A DNA stretch of 64,000 bases from Geosiphon pyriformis uo1 (taxonomy: Eukaryota; Fungi; Glomeromycota): positions 250,874 to 314,873 of the forward strand of contig JAAOMT010000684.1 in assembly GCA_016748015.1 (NCBI GenBank), in the 5' to 3' direction. The translations under genes and the position numbers were made by a program. A model generated the notes under the pieces. The model worked only from the letters and a program-made list of their open reading frames with translations, was not told where the DNA came from and did no database searches. Below are positions 39,699 to 53,829 of this stretch, one piece after another. Within the stretch, counting starts at the first letter, position 1, and every line of letters starts with the position of its first letter.

Positions 39699-41792
39699 TC
39701 ATAATCTTTTCATAAAAACATCAAAGAAGCTTGTGTTTGGGCTATTTGGGTTAGGCAGGTTTTCGGAAGCTGTATCTTGCGTTTCTTCATCCAATGATGG
39801 TATTGAAAAAGTTCTTTTATATGTGTTCTGATGAATTATTTCAGTTTTCTTTGGAACAGCCAAAGTTGAAGGGGCCATCGACAATGAGCCTTCTGAAATA
39901 ATCATATCGTCCATATCTTTAGAGCTAGATTCATTGGGCCAATTTTCAAATCTCTTTAGTCTTTGAGTGTCATTGAGATGTAATGGGAGTGGATTTTCTT
40001 CGGAAATTAATGTCCACTTTTTTTGGAAATTAATATTTTTTGAATAATAAGGCCGCAAAGGTAAAATAGGATCAGAGGCTGCCGTAACATCTTCCGATAT
40101 ATCTAATTTTCCTAATTTTTGAAACTCTGGTTCGGTCGAAGGCTTAAGAATGTGGTTATTTTCTAGCGTTGATTGATCTTGAAATTTTTGAAGTCCAACG
40201 TCGTCAAATACACTAGTATTCTTTTCTTTTAGTATATTATCGAAATCAATAGGAGCCTTGAAAAGTTTGATAATCATAAGATATTGTAATTTTTCAAAAA
40301 ATGTTGGCTTCCAAATCAGTTCGAGTTCAGTTTCTTCACTTGTTACATCTATCATATTTTGATTGTTCGATTCCATTACTGCCTTCTTTGTTGAATTGTC
40401 CTTTATAGTGGTCAACTCAAATGATTCTTCACGTTTGAACATCTTTCTAGATGGTATGATGCTCCTTGTTTTTTTCCTGTCTCCTAGTCTAGGGTTTTTC
40501 TTATTTTTCGAGAGTTGAGGGTATCGCGACTCATATACTTCAACATATTTTTGCCATAGGTACATTCTCAATGCTAGAAAACCACGTGCGACTGCAACAT
40601 CTTGCGAGAAGACTAGTGCATTTAATAATCCTATAAATTAAAGGTAAATTTTGAATTTATTTAAACCGAATTTTTAAAGCGATGTTCATATTCTCAAAAA
40701 AAGAAAAATTTACCTTGGATAGCACAACAAACATATGTAGCCATTAGCAATTCGTAAGATACTTTTTTCGTAGAATATGCCAAAGTTTCAACAAGAAAAT
40801 TTGGGGTTTGCGTTATCAGAGGAACTACTGGATACCAAGTTACCTTTTTGATAATATTTAATATAAGGCTATTTGACTTTGATGGAGCTTTAAACCTCAA
40901 TACAGATGCTGTTGTAAGAGGCAAAGAATCAATACCAGTATCAAATAAGTTCTTTTTCGTTTTGAGTTTGACAATAACGGATATAATGACAACAGAACAG
41001 TAAAGAACCGACAGTTCTAGCCATGTGAACAGAGTGGTCCATTGCCATATTATGTTATACCGTTCACCAGAATCGCGATACCAACAAAATCTAGAATGAT
41101 TGAATCTTATCAATAAATTTCAATAAAAATTTTAGCATAAATCTAAAGGCTTACTCTTCAGGGGCATTCCAACCATACATGTTTTGAATTAATGGCAGGG
41201 AAGAAATGATGAGAGCCAGCAGAATTGAGGCTGGTACATAGTACCTTTCAAAATCGATTCGACCTCTGTACTCGCGTAAGAACATGATATGTAGATTCTG
41301 CGAAATAAAAAGTTTTTTTTTTTAATGACATGAACAAAAGAAAACTATTTTAACGAAAATAGCCGTAAACTTACAAGTGCAATACAATCCGAAAAGAAAG
41401 TGGAAAGTAAGCTGGCAAAAACAAAACCCCAGACCTAGAAACGTGGCCAAATCATCAATTAAAATAAAATGAGGTTAAGGAAAGGCAATTTTGAAATATC
41501 ATGATAGAAAGTTTACCGTGAATCCGCACCAAAATCCAGGTTTAGTCTCTAAGATGCTCAAAAGTTGAAATAATGAATAAACTAAATCTGAAATACTCGT
41601 GCATACGCCCAACCGAAATGACACTCGATCTGCTAAAGCTGGGTAATATCGTCGCATTAAAGCATAGATTACGATGACAGTTAAACTGGCGAACATGGAA
41701 ATAGCGTTCAAAGGGATAGTGATGGAGGTTATTGTTTGAGCTTGTTCGGCCGTGAGTGAGGTTAGGGTTTGTTTATTATTTGCCTCTGTCAT
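39699..41792 (-). CDS. 7TM GPCR-like protein (cAMP-receptor/Git3-like) with a long C-terminal tail, 5 exons
   Basis: ADRVSFRL..SDL, CGFTVWGFVF..CIALNLH, FERYY, GW..FCW, WYPVVPLI and QGLLNALVF; introns join in frame. Confidence 0.88.
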
Positions 41793-43384
41793 GATGTGGT
41801 TGTAATATATAGAAACTTGAAAGATTTGTGGAATTTCTCATTAAATTATAAAGATTGGATATTTCTTCATGAAAGATGTAAAAAAAACCTGAATATTTTG
41901 CTAGGGAAAAAAAAAAAGAAAAAAAAAGGAATATTAAAAGAGTTGAGCTTTTTATTTATCTCAAGTCTGTTGAAAATCTTTCACAAAATATTTTTTGGTT
42001 CTGGAATAATGAGTACAGTTTAAATTAATATTTACTCCAATTTTTTTAATCCAAAGTTATCACATGTAAGTCCTTGACAACTAAGAATTATGGTAAAAAT
42101 TTTTGGTTGGATCAATTTTAATTTAGTGTAAAAAGGTTTCTTGAATTTTATGTCGATTTTATTAATGGTAATTATGTTTACTGTAAATTTGGATTTCAAC
42201 GAACCACTTACCTGAAAATTTTCATTATTGAACTTTTGGGAATGTTTCCGAAAGAATTGATGTACAAAAGATAAAAAATCAAGGATTTTAATTGGCGTTT
42301 GTTGAATTGTCTATGTGTGCGTAACCTGATGCATGAAAGGATATCTATTATTAACAGCGACCTAATGTGCATCCTTTTTTGTTTTGTCAAAGCGGGAATT
42401 TGTGATTTGCAGAATTGTTTTTTAAGAAAAGATTATAATTTTGATAGAATCGAAATTGACACACACATTATTTAGGTCATCTTTATGAACGTATGTCAGC
42501 CAGAAAGGGAGGCAAGCAAAAAAGCGTTTGATTGCCAAATGAAATTCAAAGAAGAATACGTAATGAAGAAGAAATTTTTGGGTCATGTTTAAAACTAGTT
42601 AGATTTTGATTTTCAGACAATTGAAAGATCAAACCCTTCTTCGAATTTATGCAGATCAAAAATTATGCTAAGTAAAAGATGGTGGGAGTGTAATTTCTAT
42701 ATAATATGACATGATGCAAACCTTTAAAATTCCAAAATAACTTTTTGAAGATCATAATATTTTTGGGAACTTAATGCTGCAGTGTTAAATTGAGTGTTTT
42801 CCAAAAAATATTTGAGAAACGCTTGTGATACCAAAAGGCAGAAATTTGATTAAGGAACAAAAAAAATTAATGATTTTAATTTGATCATGAATCATCAATT
42901 TTCATCGTTGAATCGAAAGCTATGATTGTGTTCATGATTTGAAAATTTTCAATAGGATATAAAAATTAGAAGATCTACTTAATCTATACTTGTTTCTACC
43001 ATTTCACACGTACAATTCACACGGATGACTTATCTGGAACCAATCATCAAGGTCACCAAAAGATAACTAAAATTCCATGGGCCAATTAATCGAACCATAG
43101 TGATGGCTCATTTAATTTATATTAATAAAAAAAGAAATTAAACTCTTTGGGGAACACCCGAAAAACTTTGTTGGTTAAAGGAAATACAAATGTTTCACAT
43201 ATCATAAAAATTGAAAAATTTGTCACATCATTTTAATTGTAAATTTCAAAATCCTATCCGAAATATGTTATAAACAAACCTTTAAAAGGCTATAATGTGG
43301 TACAAATATTTTGTTGTTTCATTACCAATTTAAAATTCACTCTTAATTGTTTTTGGGAAAACCAACCAAGAACAAAGACACCAC

Positions 43385-43422
<38 letters not shown>
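43385..43422. repeat. (TTA)n microsatellite
   Basis: Directly visible pure run. Confidence 0.9.
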
Positions 43423-43423
<1 letters not shown>

Positions 43424-46400
43424 CAGATTAACTAAAAATTGAAATAAAGAAAATTATTAATAAAATGTGTTTATTATATTTTATTAATAGATAGATTATT
43501 AATTAATAAATATTAATCTTAAAATTCGAAAAGAATTAATTTCCTAAAGAAAAACAAGTATTGCCTAAAGAATATAATCATATTTCATGAATGTTAAAGC
43601 TTTTTTTAAGAAATCAAAATTGTGTATTATTAAATGCTCAAATTTAATTTGAAAAAAATTTAAATCATTTAAATTTGGTTTATAATAAAATAGACTACAT
43701 ATCAATTTGTTAAAAGAAATTATTTTTTAAAATAATGTGTCAGAAATGAATAAGTAACAAACTTTTCTTTACTAAGATATCAATTTATTCTATCATATGC
43801 TTTGCATATTTTTGCTTTCATCATTTATTGTAAAATCTTTACTCTTTTTCACCAAAAAAAAAGCATTTTTTTTATAGGTAATAATAAGACCACTTGGTTC
43901 AATCATACTAATGATGAAATTTGTAACATTTTTAAAATTCATGAAAAATTACAAGAGCCTTTTATGAAATTTGTGAAACACTCTTTTGTATTTAATAAGT
44001 TGATAAAAAATTATTAGTAATATATATGCGGGAAAAAAATGAATGTAAAGTATTATTAAGCACTAATTTCTTTGTCAAGCTATCAATAGTTTTAAAAGTG
44101 CTATTATTGTTGACAAGTAAATCAACCTAAGAATGGTGTTATTTCTGTTTGAGATCGATATGTTTGTTTAAATGATTAGCAGATTCTCCAAACGTAATCG
44201 ATATTCCATTGGATAATATATGAATATTCGAGGTCCCAGACAAATCGAATAATTTTATGACAGGAACCTCAAATATGATGCACCATTTTAAAAGCGTCTG
44301 CGTTATGCAATGAATGCAAAAAACTATTTTAACAAAAATGAAGAGAGAAAAATTATCGAGAGTGGAGCATTGTCAAAAGCTAATTGGAAACATCTTAAAA
44401 ATTAGAGCGTTCAGGGATACACTTAAAAATTACTTAGTTGAAGTTGTGGTATTAGTTCGTTGGTAATTTTAGAAATATCACTATTGGGTTCACTGAAACT
44501 TTTTTTTAAAATTTTCATATTCATCCATTATATCATACCACCATATTGAAACCAGGTTGTTCCGATCTGCAAGCCCTTAGTTGTGGTATGGGGTTTGCAG
44601 TTTTCGAAACCTAATCTAAAAGAAATTCCATTTAATTTTAATTTTAATCATCTCGGACCAATTATTGATTGAGCAAAGTTTTTAAAAAAATTTTGTTGAG
44701 GCTTCTTCAACCTACCAGTTTTAGGAGTAACATTCACGGGCTGAAACATCACCATTCTGTCAAAAAAACGGATAAGTTACCTTTATGGCTCATGCAGGGT
44801 TTTGAACTCAAAGCTCATCATGCGGTAAAGTTATGCCTTAATTGGCGAAAAAAAGCTGCAACAAATGAACATTTTATTGAGCTCTTGGTTCAATATGAAT
44901 ACAATTTAAGACTTTGACCATGTGTAAAACTAAAATTATATTTAAACCAATTTTCAAATGATAAAAGGTTGTGTATAAAAGATAGTAATATAATGATAAT
45001 CCAATCTCATCTATTGAATGATAAATTAAAAATTTTAAAAAGTGCTTTTTGAATAAACAAATTAATCAAATTCAATTAATTTAGGTAAATTGGCATTAAT
45101 AAATTATCTCTTTCCAAGAAATCTTATTTGACAAAGAAAATTTGTTTTACCAGAATTATAATACCTCCAATTTAAAGAACAAAACAGCCAAAAAATTTAA
45201 TACAAAATAATGTAAAGCAAAAATGAATTTGAACTATTCTAATTTAAAAATATAGAAAAAAACTAGGCTCAAAATATTTAAAAAGTTTTTTAAAATCTCA
45301 ATTGAAACAAGTGTACTGAAATATTCCTTTAAAATTTTTAAATGACAACCTCAATTTCTTCAATCGTTCTAAAAGAAATGGATCTAAATTATCTAGTTTT
45401 GTTATTGCAATAAAAAAAATTTAACATCAAAATATTTGTTTGAAATCTTTAAGGCTTGAAAAACTGTTCTTTTTGAAAGATATAGAATCATTTATAATCT
45501 TCATCAACAATATGTTCTTAAATGAATGTAAATAACTTAACATAATTTAATGAAGTTTTTGTTAAATTTCTTAAGGAATGTAAAAAGGGCTATAATTCAG
45601 AAGTATTCTAATCAATGATTAAATTATAAAAATTTTAATAAATTTGTATTGATATCTTTGAAAATATTAACAAAAAACCAATTCCACAATTCAGCCTTTT
45701 TTATTTCACTAGTCTATTTGATTCGATAAAGCATAAGAGTATTATCTAATGACCAAAATATCTTGAAAAGTGTAAATGTTTTAAATAATAGAGGAATAAT
45801 TTTACGTTTAGGTATTTTGAGTTTTAACTCTACAAATAATAATCTAAGATTTAATTCTTAAAGAATAAGAAAAGTTCAAATTCTCAATGAGAAAAAATAA
45901 CTTTGGTTAATTGATAAATTAATTTACCAGCATCTAAACCAATCAAAATTTTCAAAAACATAAAAAGTAATTTTAATACCAATCCAAATTAAATTACTAA
46001 GTTGATTGCAACAATATTTTCCTTTTTTTCAACATCAGATGTCTTTTCGATTGTTGATTTCTTCACAATTATATAATCGCCATAGGTTTAATAATCTTTT
46101 ACTCTTAAGTTCTGGTGTTTTAGTATTTTTGTTTTAAAATTAGGTGGGTTGAAAGCAAAAATAACTGAGCTTACAAGCTTTTTAGAAATTGTATTTTTAA
46201 AACTAAATCTTTTGTGTACTGATAGTAGTGTTCTTTCTTTTTCTCTTTTTTAATAACAAAAAATTGCTGAATGCAATATAAAAAATAATGGATATTCTGC
46301 TGGCCATTTTAAAAAAAGTGTATTAGATTTAAATGAGCTGTACTTGGTATAAATCTATGCTAAAAAACAGATTTTTTATGTCTTATTTAGTAATAAAATA

Positions 46401-46996
46401 TAAACCTAAATAATTAATAGTGCTTCTTTTTCTCTTATTTTTTTCTGGTGCTCTTTTGGGTTCTGATTCAACTTTGATTACAAAATTTTTTTGTTAGTAA
46501 TTAGTAACATTGAATTAAGATTTATTAGTTTAAAATACAGTTTTACTGGTTTTATAAAACAAGTTAACAATTTGGTAAAAAGATTAAATACACTCATGTT
46601 AATGATTATTTAGTCTTGCTCAAAATGTAAATTATTAATAACTCTTTTATTACAAAATCAAGTAAATAATATGACAATAAAAAAGAATTTGTGTGTAACA
46701 ATTAATAAAAAAACTATTCTGGTTTTTAATTTTTAAGTTTTCAAACCATTATAAAACTGAAAATAAGATAGATAACTTATTAAAAATAGTTTTAAACTTA
46801 ATAATAAAGATCAATAATTTTTATTTAACATTAAATTTTATTATTTATTTTTCTTAATAAATAAATTTTTTTAAAGATTTGTAATATGTAATATTAAGAG
46901 TATAAACATTTTTGTTAAGCAGAATAATATTATTTAATAACATAAAAATATGATTAATATGATTTTAATTATCATAAAAACTAAGTTAAAAATTAA

Positions 46997-47597
46997 TGTT
47001 ACAATTAAATTCAACTTTAATAAATAAATTGAATTAGTAAGAATTTAATGTACAAGATCAGTTTTATAATTATCTCAGTTGCTATTTTTAAAAAAAAAAA
47101 CAAAAAATCTGAAAGTAAAAAAATAGTTTATACTATTAACAAAAACTAACATATTAATATAATTTTATGCTTTAAATTAGCACTCTTAGAATTCGATATC
47201 AAATATTAGTTGTAATTTTTAGTAAAAATTTATTTAATATACTTTACAAAAATTAATTATTATATAAAGCAAGAAAAAAAATAGTAAAAAAATAAAAGAG
47301 TTAATTTTATTGTATTAATTTAAGTATAATTCAAATATAAATATATTTCTATAACTTTAAAAAGTTTTGCTTATATACTATTAAAAAAAGATTAATGATT
47401 AGATTAATAATTAAGTTAACAATTAAGATAATAATTAGATTAATAATTAAATCAATAATCAAATCAATAATCATATTAATAATTTATTCTAAAAATAAGA
47501 TGATTAATTATATTATATTAATAACTAATATATGTGGTTATTTATAGCTAAGTAATTAGATAAAAATTAAAAAATAAAAGTTTTATCTATAATATCA
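46997..47597 (-). repeat. 3' LTR of the Gypsy element
   Basis: Aligns by eye with 53277-53828 and, inverted, with 54562-55149. Confidence 0.88.
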
Positions 47598-50500
47598 TTC
47601 TTTTCAAAAAAATTAAGTTTTGATAAAATAAAATTATATAAAAAAGTTCTGAAATTTTTATCTCAAAGTTAACTAACTTGTTAAAATTTTTGGCTAATAG
47701 AATATAAAAAAGCTAAAATAATATTAGTTTTAAATCCAAAAAACTAAATTTTTGTATAAGTATTTTGGCTTTTTTTGTAATGATCAAAATTCTTAGAATA
47801 TCTAAATATATAATATTTAAGATTTTTGTCTAAATTTTTAAAGTTGTTTTCTTTAAAAACTTTATATCTTTTATAATATTTAAGTTGTTTTCTATATAAA
47901 AATTTTCTGTTTATAGATAAAATTTTGTTTATTACTTTCTTAATTGTATTAAAAAAGTTAAATATTTTGGCAGTTATATATTCAAACATATATTTTTTTA
48001 AATTAGTACTAATTTTTTGTTTTTTTATAACAGTTTTTTATGAGTTAATAACAAAATATACTCTGATTTTATCTTTGATTGTTATTTGTTTTTTGATAAT
48101 AAGTAGAGTATCTAAATAGTTTTTTGTTCAATAGTTGTAAATAATAAAAAAAACATTTTGAATATTTTAATCAAAGAAATATTTTTCTATGCTGATTAAA
48201 ATAACTTTTCTTATAATTGTTTTGGTATTTTACTAATAAATATTATGAGCATTACAATAATTTATAATTAATTAGGTCTTTTGTGATACTTTTTAATTTA
48301 TATATTATAAACAGATCGATTATTAAATATTGTTTTATATTGGTTTTGTAAAATATAAAATTTATTGTTTAAAATTTTGTTAATTATAAATAGTTTTTTT
48401 TATTAACTTGAAAATTTGTTATCAAAAACATTGTTTTAATTTGATCTGTATTTAAGAACTAAGTTACTAATACTTAAAAAAAGTATTTTATATGTTTTTT
48501 TTTTAAGTTTTTCTTAAAAATATTTTATCTTTTTATAAACAATTATTTATGTTTTTATTAAGATGTCTAAGATTGTTTTAAGTCTTTATTTTAAAATATC
48601 TTTATAATAAAATTTGGTTATTTTTTTAAATAATTTTGTTATAATATTAGTTTTAATAAGTAATATTGCTATATATCTATAAAATAAGTAAAAAATTTTA
48701 TAACTAATTATATTGTAATTTATAGTTTTATAAACAAAAAGTATTAAAAGCAAAATTTTGTTTTACAAGTTTGTTTTTTCGCTAAAGTTTTGCAAAGTAT
48801 TTGATTAAAACATTCTATTAAATCATTAATCTATAAATAATAAAAAAAGAAAAGTTTATAATATACTCTAAGTTTTTTTAATAGTTTTTTTATCAATGAG
48901 TTAAAAAAACTTTTTTTTTATCTAAAAATAGTTTTTAAACACATTTATGTTTACATATAATTTTTTTATAAATAAAGTTAACAATTGAAACAGCTATTAC
49001 TTTGGCTTTTATCTATTTTATTAAATACTTAGTTATAGTTATTAAATATTTATTTTTATTAGAAGTTATTATTAAAAATTTAATAACATTAATTTCAATT
49101 CTGTTAAAAAATTAACCAACAAATATAAGATAAATATTTTTTTTGATTAGATTTTTTTTATTGACAGATATTACAACTTTTAATGTATTTTATTATATCT
49201 TTTTTTAATATTAGCCAATAATATTTTGTTAATATCTTTTAAATAATTTTTGCTTTTTTGAAATGTTTTATTAAAAAATCAGTATATATATTATATATCA
49301 TAATTTTTTTTTCCTTAAATTAAATTCATTTTTGTAATCAATTAGGATCTTTTTGGTTTTTAATATAATTGATTCTGGTAAATTAAATAAAAATTTGATT
49401 GTTTTCACAAATGTTTTCTTTGTTGTCAATTATATTCTAATAAATATTATCTTTTATCTAAAATTTAAATAAATATTAAATAGTTTTTCAAGTTTATTTG
49501 TTGTTTATTGATTTAAGTATTTTAATAATTAATTTTATTAGTTTTGTTAATTGGTTTTTATTAAGTAACTAATTAAGATAGAATATCTGTATTTTGATTG
49601 TTTATTTATTTTTGGTATTTAATATTATAATAAAATTTGTCTAAATAAATAATTCAATAAAAAAGTTTTTTATAATTCAGTTTTTTTTTGTTTTTTAACC
49701 AAACTAAAGCTTAATAATTAGTATATATCAATTTTTTTTTTCATAAGATACTTATTTTAGTAATTAGTAAATTATATTATTATTAAGTATTTTTTATTAG
49801 TTATTGTGTAATTTTTTTCTGTTTGTTAAAAAGTTCTACTATTATAAGTTATAACTAGTTTTTTTTTGTTTTTTTGTAATAAAACAACACTAAAAAAAAC
49901 ATTAAAGATATTAATATAAAACATAAATAGTTTGTTAAGATCTGATTGCTTTAAAATTAATTTAGTAATTAGTTTTTTTTTAAGAGTTTTAAATGTTTTT
50001 TGTTAAAAAATATTTTAATAATAATTAATTTTTTTATTAAGAACTGATTAAATAAATATGTAATTTTAGATAAATTTTTAATAATATAAGACTAATACAA
50101 AAAAGATTATAATTCTGAAATATTTATTAATTGTTTAAGCTTTTATACTTTTTTAACTTTTTTTAGATCTAAAAAGATTTAATTTTTTTATAAAATAATC
50201 TAAAAACTGAGTAAATTGTTTTTTAAAAAATAATTTAATGAAATTAATATTAAGTCTAGTATTTTTTAAAAGGTTAAAAATTTTTTAAATGTTTATTCTA
50301 AGTTTTTGAGTATATAATTATATTATTAAAATATACAGAAACAAATTTTTGGTGTTTTAATCTAAATATTTTATTTATTAATCTTTAAAATATGGGTGAA
50401 ATATTTGTTAATTCAAAGAGTATTACTATAAACTTATAAATTTTATATTTTGTAATAAATATAATTTTTTTTTTGCTAATAAAATTTATTTTTACTTATT

Positions 50501-53276
50501 AAAATTCAGTAGTCAACTTAATAATTATAAAATATGCTAAGCTTCTAACTAATTAAGAATGTTATCAACTTTTAAAAAAAATACATATTTTATTTAGTAA
50601 TTATATTTAATTATTAGTAATTTACACAAAATTATAAAGATCTTTTTTTCTTAGATACTACTATAACAAAAAATATTTACTTACTCTTAATTTTTTGTAT
50701 AAATCTAAGTTTTTTATTTGATCTATTTTTTTTGATTAATTTATTATTTTATCAATTTAATTAATAAAACTTTAGATAAATTGGTCGAATAATTTTGGTT
50801 TTAATCACATGTTAAATAAAATTTATTCAACCAAAATGTTCTTTTTGATATTACAAATTTATTTTAAGTTAACAGATTTTTAATATCAATTTTTTAGTTA
50901 TTTTTACTGGTTTTTTTTGCTCATTTATTAAAAATTGGACTTTAAATACTTTTTTTTCAAATAATTTTTGTACAGCTTTAATTTTTTTATTACTATTAAA
51001 GATAGTAAAAGCTAATTTGGTCTTTTTTTTCAAAGTCTTTAAAATCATCAAAATTATTATTATTGCTGCTTTGTTGCTATTATCATTGGATTACAACAGA
51101 AAAAACAGTCTAATAAAAATATTTAACTATAATTAATTAGGTTTTATTTCGAATTATAAGTTTATAAAGTTTATAATTTAAGAGAGTTTTTGTTTTTATT
51201 AACTATTTATTTCTAATAAATATGATATAATTTTTTGCTTTTAATATTTTTATAACAATTTTAATATAAACTCTATTGATTAAATAATAATAACTTTGAC
51301 AATTCTTAGAATTTTTTTTTCTTTATAAATATAGTCATAAATTTGATTGATAATTCATCAATTTTTTTTCTAACTATATCTAAAAAAGTATTAAACTATA
51401 ATACTGACTGATAAACTATTATTTAATATTAGATCTATAAAATACTTAATAATCTAAATCTTGTAAATAAAGAAAATAATATTATTACTAAAAGCCAGTA
51501 TTATTTATTAAAAATATTTGTTGATCTTTGATTGTTTTTTTTTAAATATTAATAATTTTTTGAAGTTTTTTCAAAACTATTAATGTATTATAAATTGATT
51601 AAAAGTAATATAAACAGATATTTTCATTAAATTTTTGAATATTTTTAGTTTAAAAATTTTATCTTTGTTATTAAATATTAAAATATTAGTATTAAAATCC
51701 AAATTAAAATTTACTTTCTGTTTTTTAAATCTGATACAATTTAATAGTTTGTTACTATATTTTTGTATTTTTATGTTATTATTAGTTAAATCAAAACTAA
51801 ATAAAAAGTTTTTTCTTAGTTTGTATTTTTATTCTTAAAAAATGTCTTTATTAATTTAAAAACTAATATTCTGGAGCTTTAATTAAGAGATTTTTTCTAA
51901 AAAATTAATATAAGCCTGATTAATATTTGAATTAAGAGTTTAATTATTGTTTTTATTATTTGCTTAATTATTATTTTTTAAAATTAAAAGAGATATCAAA
52001 TAATTATTGCAATTTTGTGTCATATGGCCAGTATTTTTATATCGATAATAGACAAAAAAATTTTAGTCTTTAAGTCTTGAATTATATTAAAACTGTTGAA
52101 ACTAATTATATTAAGATTAATATTAGTGTTTTAAAAATCTTTGGTTTTTTTATACAGCTTTTGTTAATAGTTTTAAAAATCAAACTAAATTTGCTATTAA
52201 TTTATTTATTAATTGTTTATTATGATTTTAAACATAAGCAGTAAAAAAAGTAGTAGCCAATTAAAAAAAAAATTAAAAAAAATACAAACATTAAAAAAAA
52301 GCATATTTTTTAAATATATTTATTAATTATCTTCTATTTACTGTTCTATTTTTATGATTGTATTTAAGATTGAATTATCTTTAATAGTAAAAAAAAGTTA
52401 TATAACATAAAATAAATTTGTTCTTAATTTTTTGGTAAATAAATATATTTTCTGTTTAGTTTTTTTTTAAATTAACTTGTTTTATTAATTTTTAAATTGC
52501 TTTAGCATATTTAATAATTATTTTTTTTGGATTTTGTATTCTTTTTTCCAATTTTATTTTTTATTTAGATATTAATATTGTAATATAAAAATTTTTTTGA
52601 ATCAGATAATAAAAAAATTTGTATTTTGTTTAGTATTTTTATGTAATTATTAAATTATTTATTAAGTAGTTTTATTATTGGTTTTTTAAATAAATTATAT
52701 AATAGAAAATCCTTGAAAATATTTTCCAATTATTTGAAACTTATAATTATTGTTATATTGGTTTATTATAGTAGTTTTATTAAAATTTTCAAGCTATTTT
52801 ATAGAAAAAAGATCTGAATTACTTAAGAAAAATTTAAACACAGAGACTATTTTTTAGCTTTTTTTATTTTTTGGTTCTAAAAGTGTTTTAAATTGTTAAT
52901 AAATAATTATTTAATTATAAATTTGTTAATTTAAATTATTAAATTCAAGAAAAAGTTAACTAAAAATAATTGAAAATATTAATTGATTTATGTAATTGTT
53001 TTTTGTTTTAAATTTTTCTTTGAAATATATTTGATTAAAAAAGTAAATAATTAACTAAAAACTAATTTCAAAAATCTTAAAATTTTTAGCTAAACTGTTT
53101 TTTAACTGGAAAAAAAATAAAGCAAAATAGAAGAAAATTAAATTTAATATATGCTAAATTATTTTAATTATATACTATAAAATAATTTTGGGTTTTTTGT
53201 ATTAAAAAAAGTAATTACTTATATAATAGTAAATAATCTAAGAAATTTAATAATCTTACAGAAAGCACTATTTTTA

Positions 53277-53828
53277 TGTTATAGTTGAATTAACAAGCTA
53301 ATAAATAATAAGAAAAAACAATATTATATACTAATAAAATATAAAAAATAATAATTCAATTTTAATAAATAAATTGAATTATTAAGAATTTAATATGTAA
53401 AATTAGTTTTATAAATATCTCAATTGTTATTTTTTTCAATAAGTAATAAAAAAATCTAAAAATAAAAAGATAATTTATACTGTCAACAAAAAATAATATA
53501 TTAGTATTATTTTATATTTTATATTAATTTTCTTAAAATTTAATATTAGATATCAGTTGTACTTTTTAATAAATATTTATTTAATATACTTTACAAAAAC
53601 TAACAATTATATAAATAAAAAAAAAATAAAAAAAATAGTAAAAAAAATAAAAAGTTAATATTATTATATTAATTTAAATATAATTTAAGTATAAATGTAT
53701 TTTTATAGCTTAAAAAAGTTTTACTTATATATTTACAAAAAAAAATCAATAATTAGGTTAATAATCAAGTTAATAATCAAATTAATGACTTATTTTAAAA
53801 ATAAAATAGCTAATTATATAATATTAAT
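53277..53828 (-). repeat. 5' LTR of the Gypsy element, truncated by the adjacent LINE
   Basis: Direct repeat of 46997-47522; ends in TAACA followed by the PBS-like sequence. Confidence 0.85.
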
Positions 53829-53829
53829 A

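Larger units (their letters stand above)
46997..53828 (-). mobile_element. Near-complete Ty3/Gypsy LTR retrotransposon, heavily hypermutated
   Basis: Direct LTRs at 46997-47597 (TG...CA on minus) and 53277-53828 (missing about 75 bp). PBS-like TAGTGCTTTCTGTAAG after the 5' LTR and a purine tract before the 3' LTR. Domain order is gag knuckle YYRYKNTGHMTQNC (~52008-52050), protease LILNNSLSVS (~51410), RT L*FCVNY**LN / ILFELTNISPIF*R / VYFNNIIIYS (~50320-50660), integrase FNRIEINVIKFL..KYLIK*IKA (~49000-49120). Confidence 0.92.
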
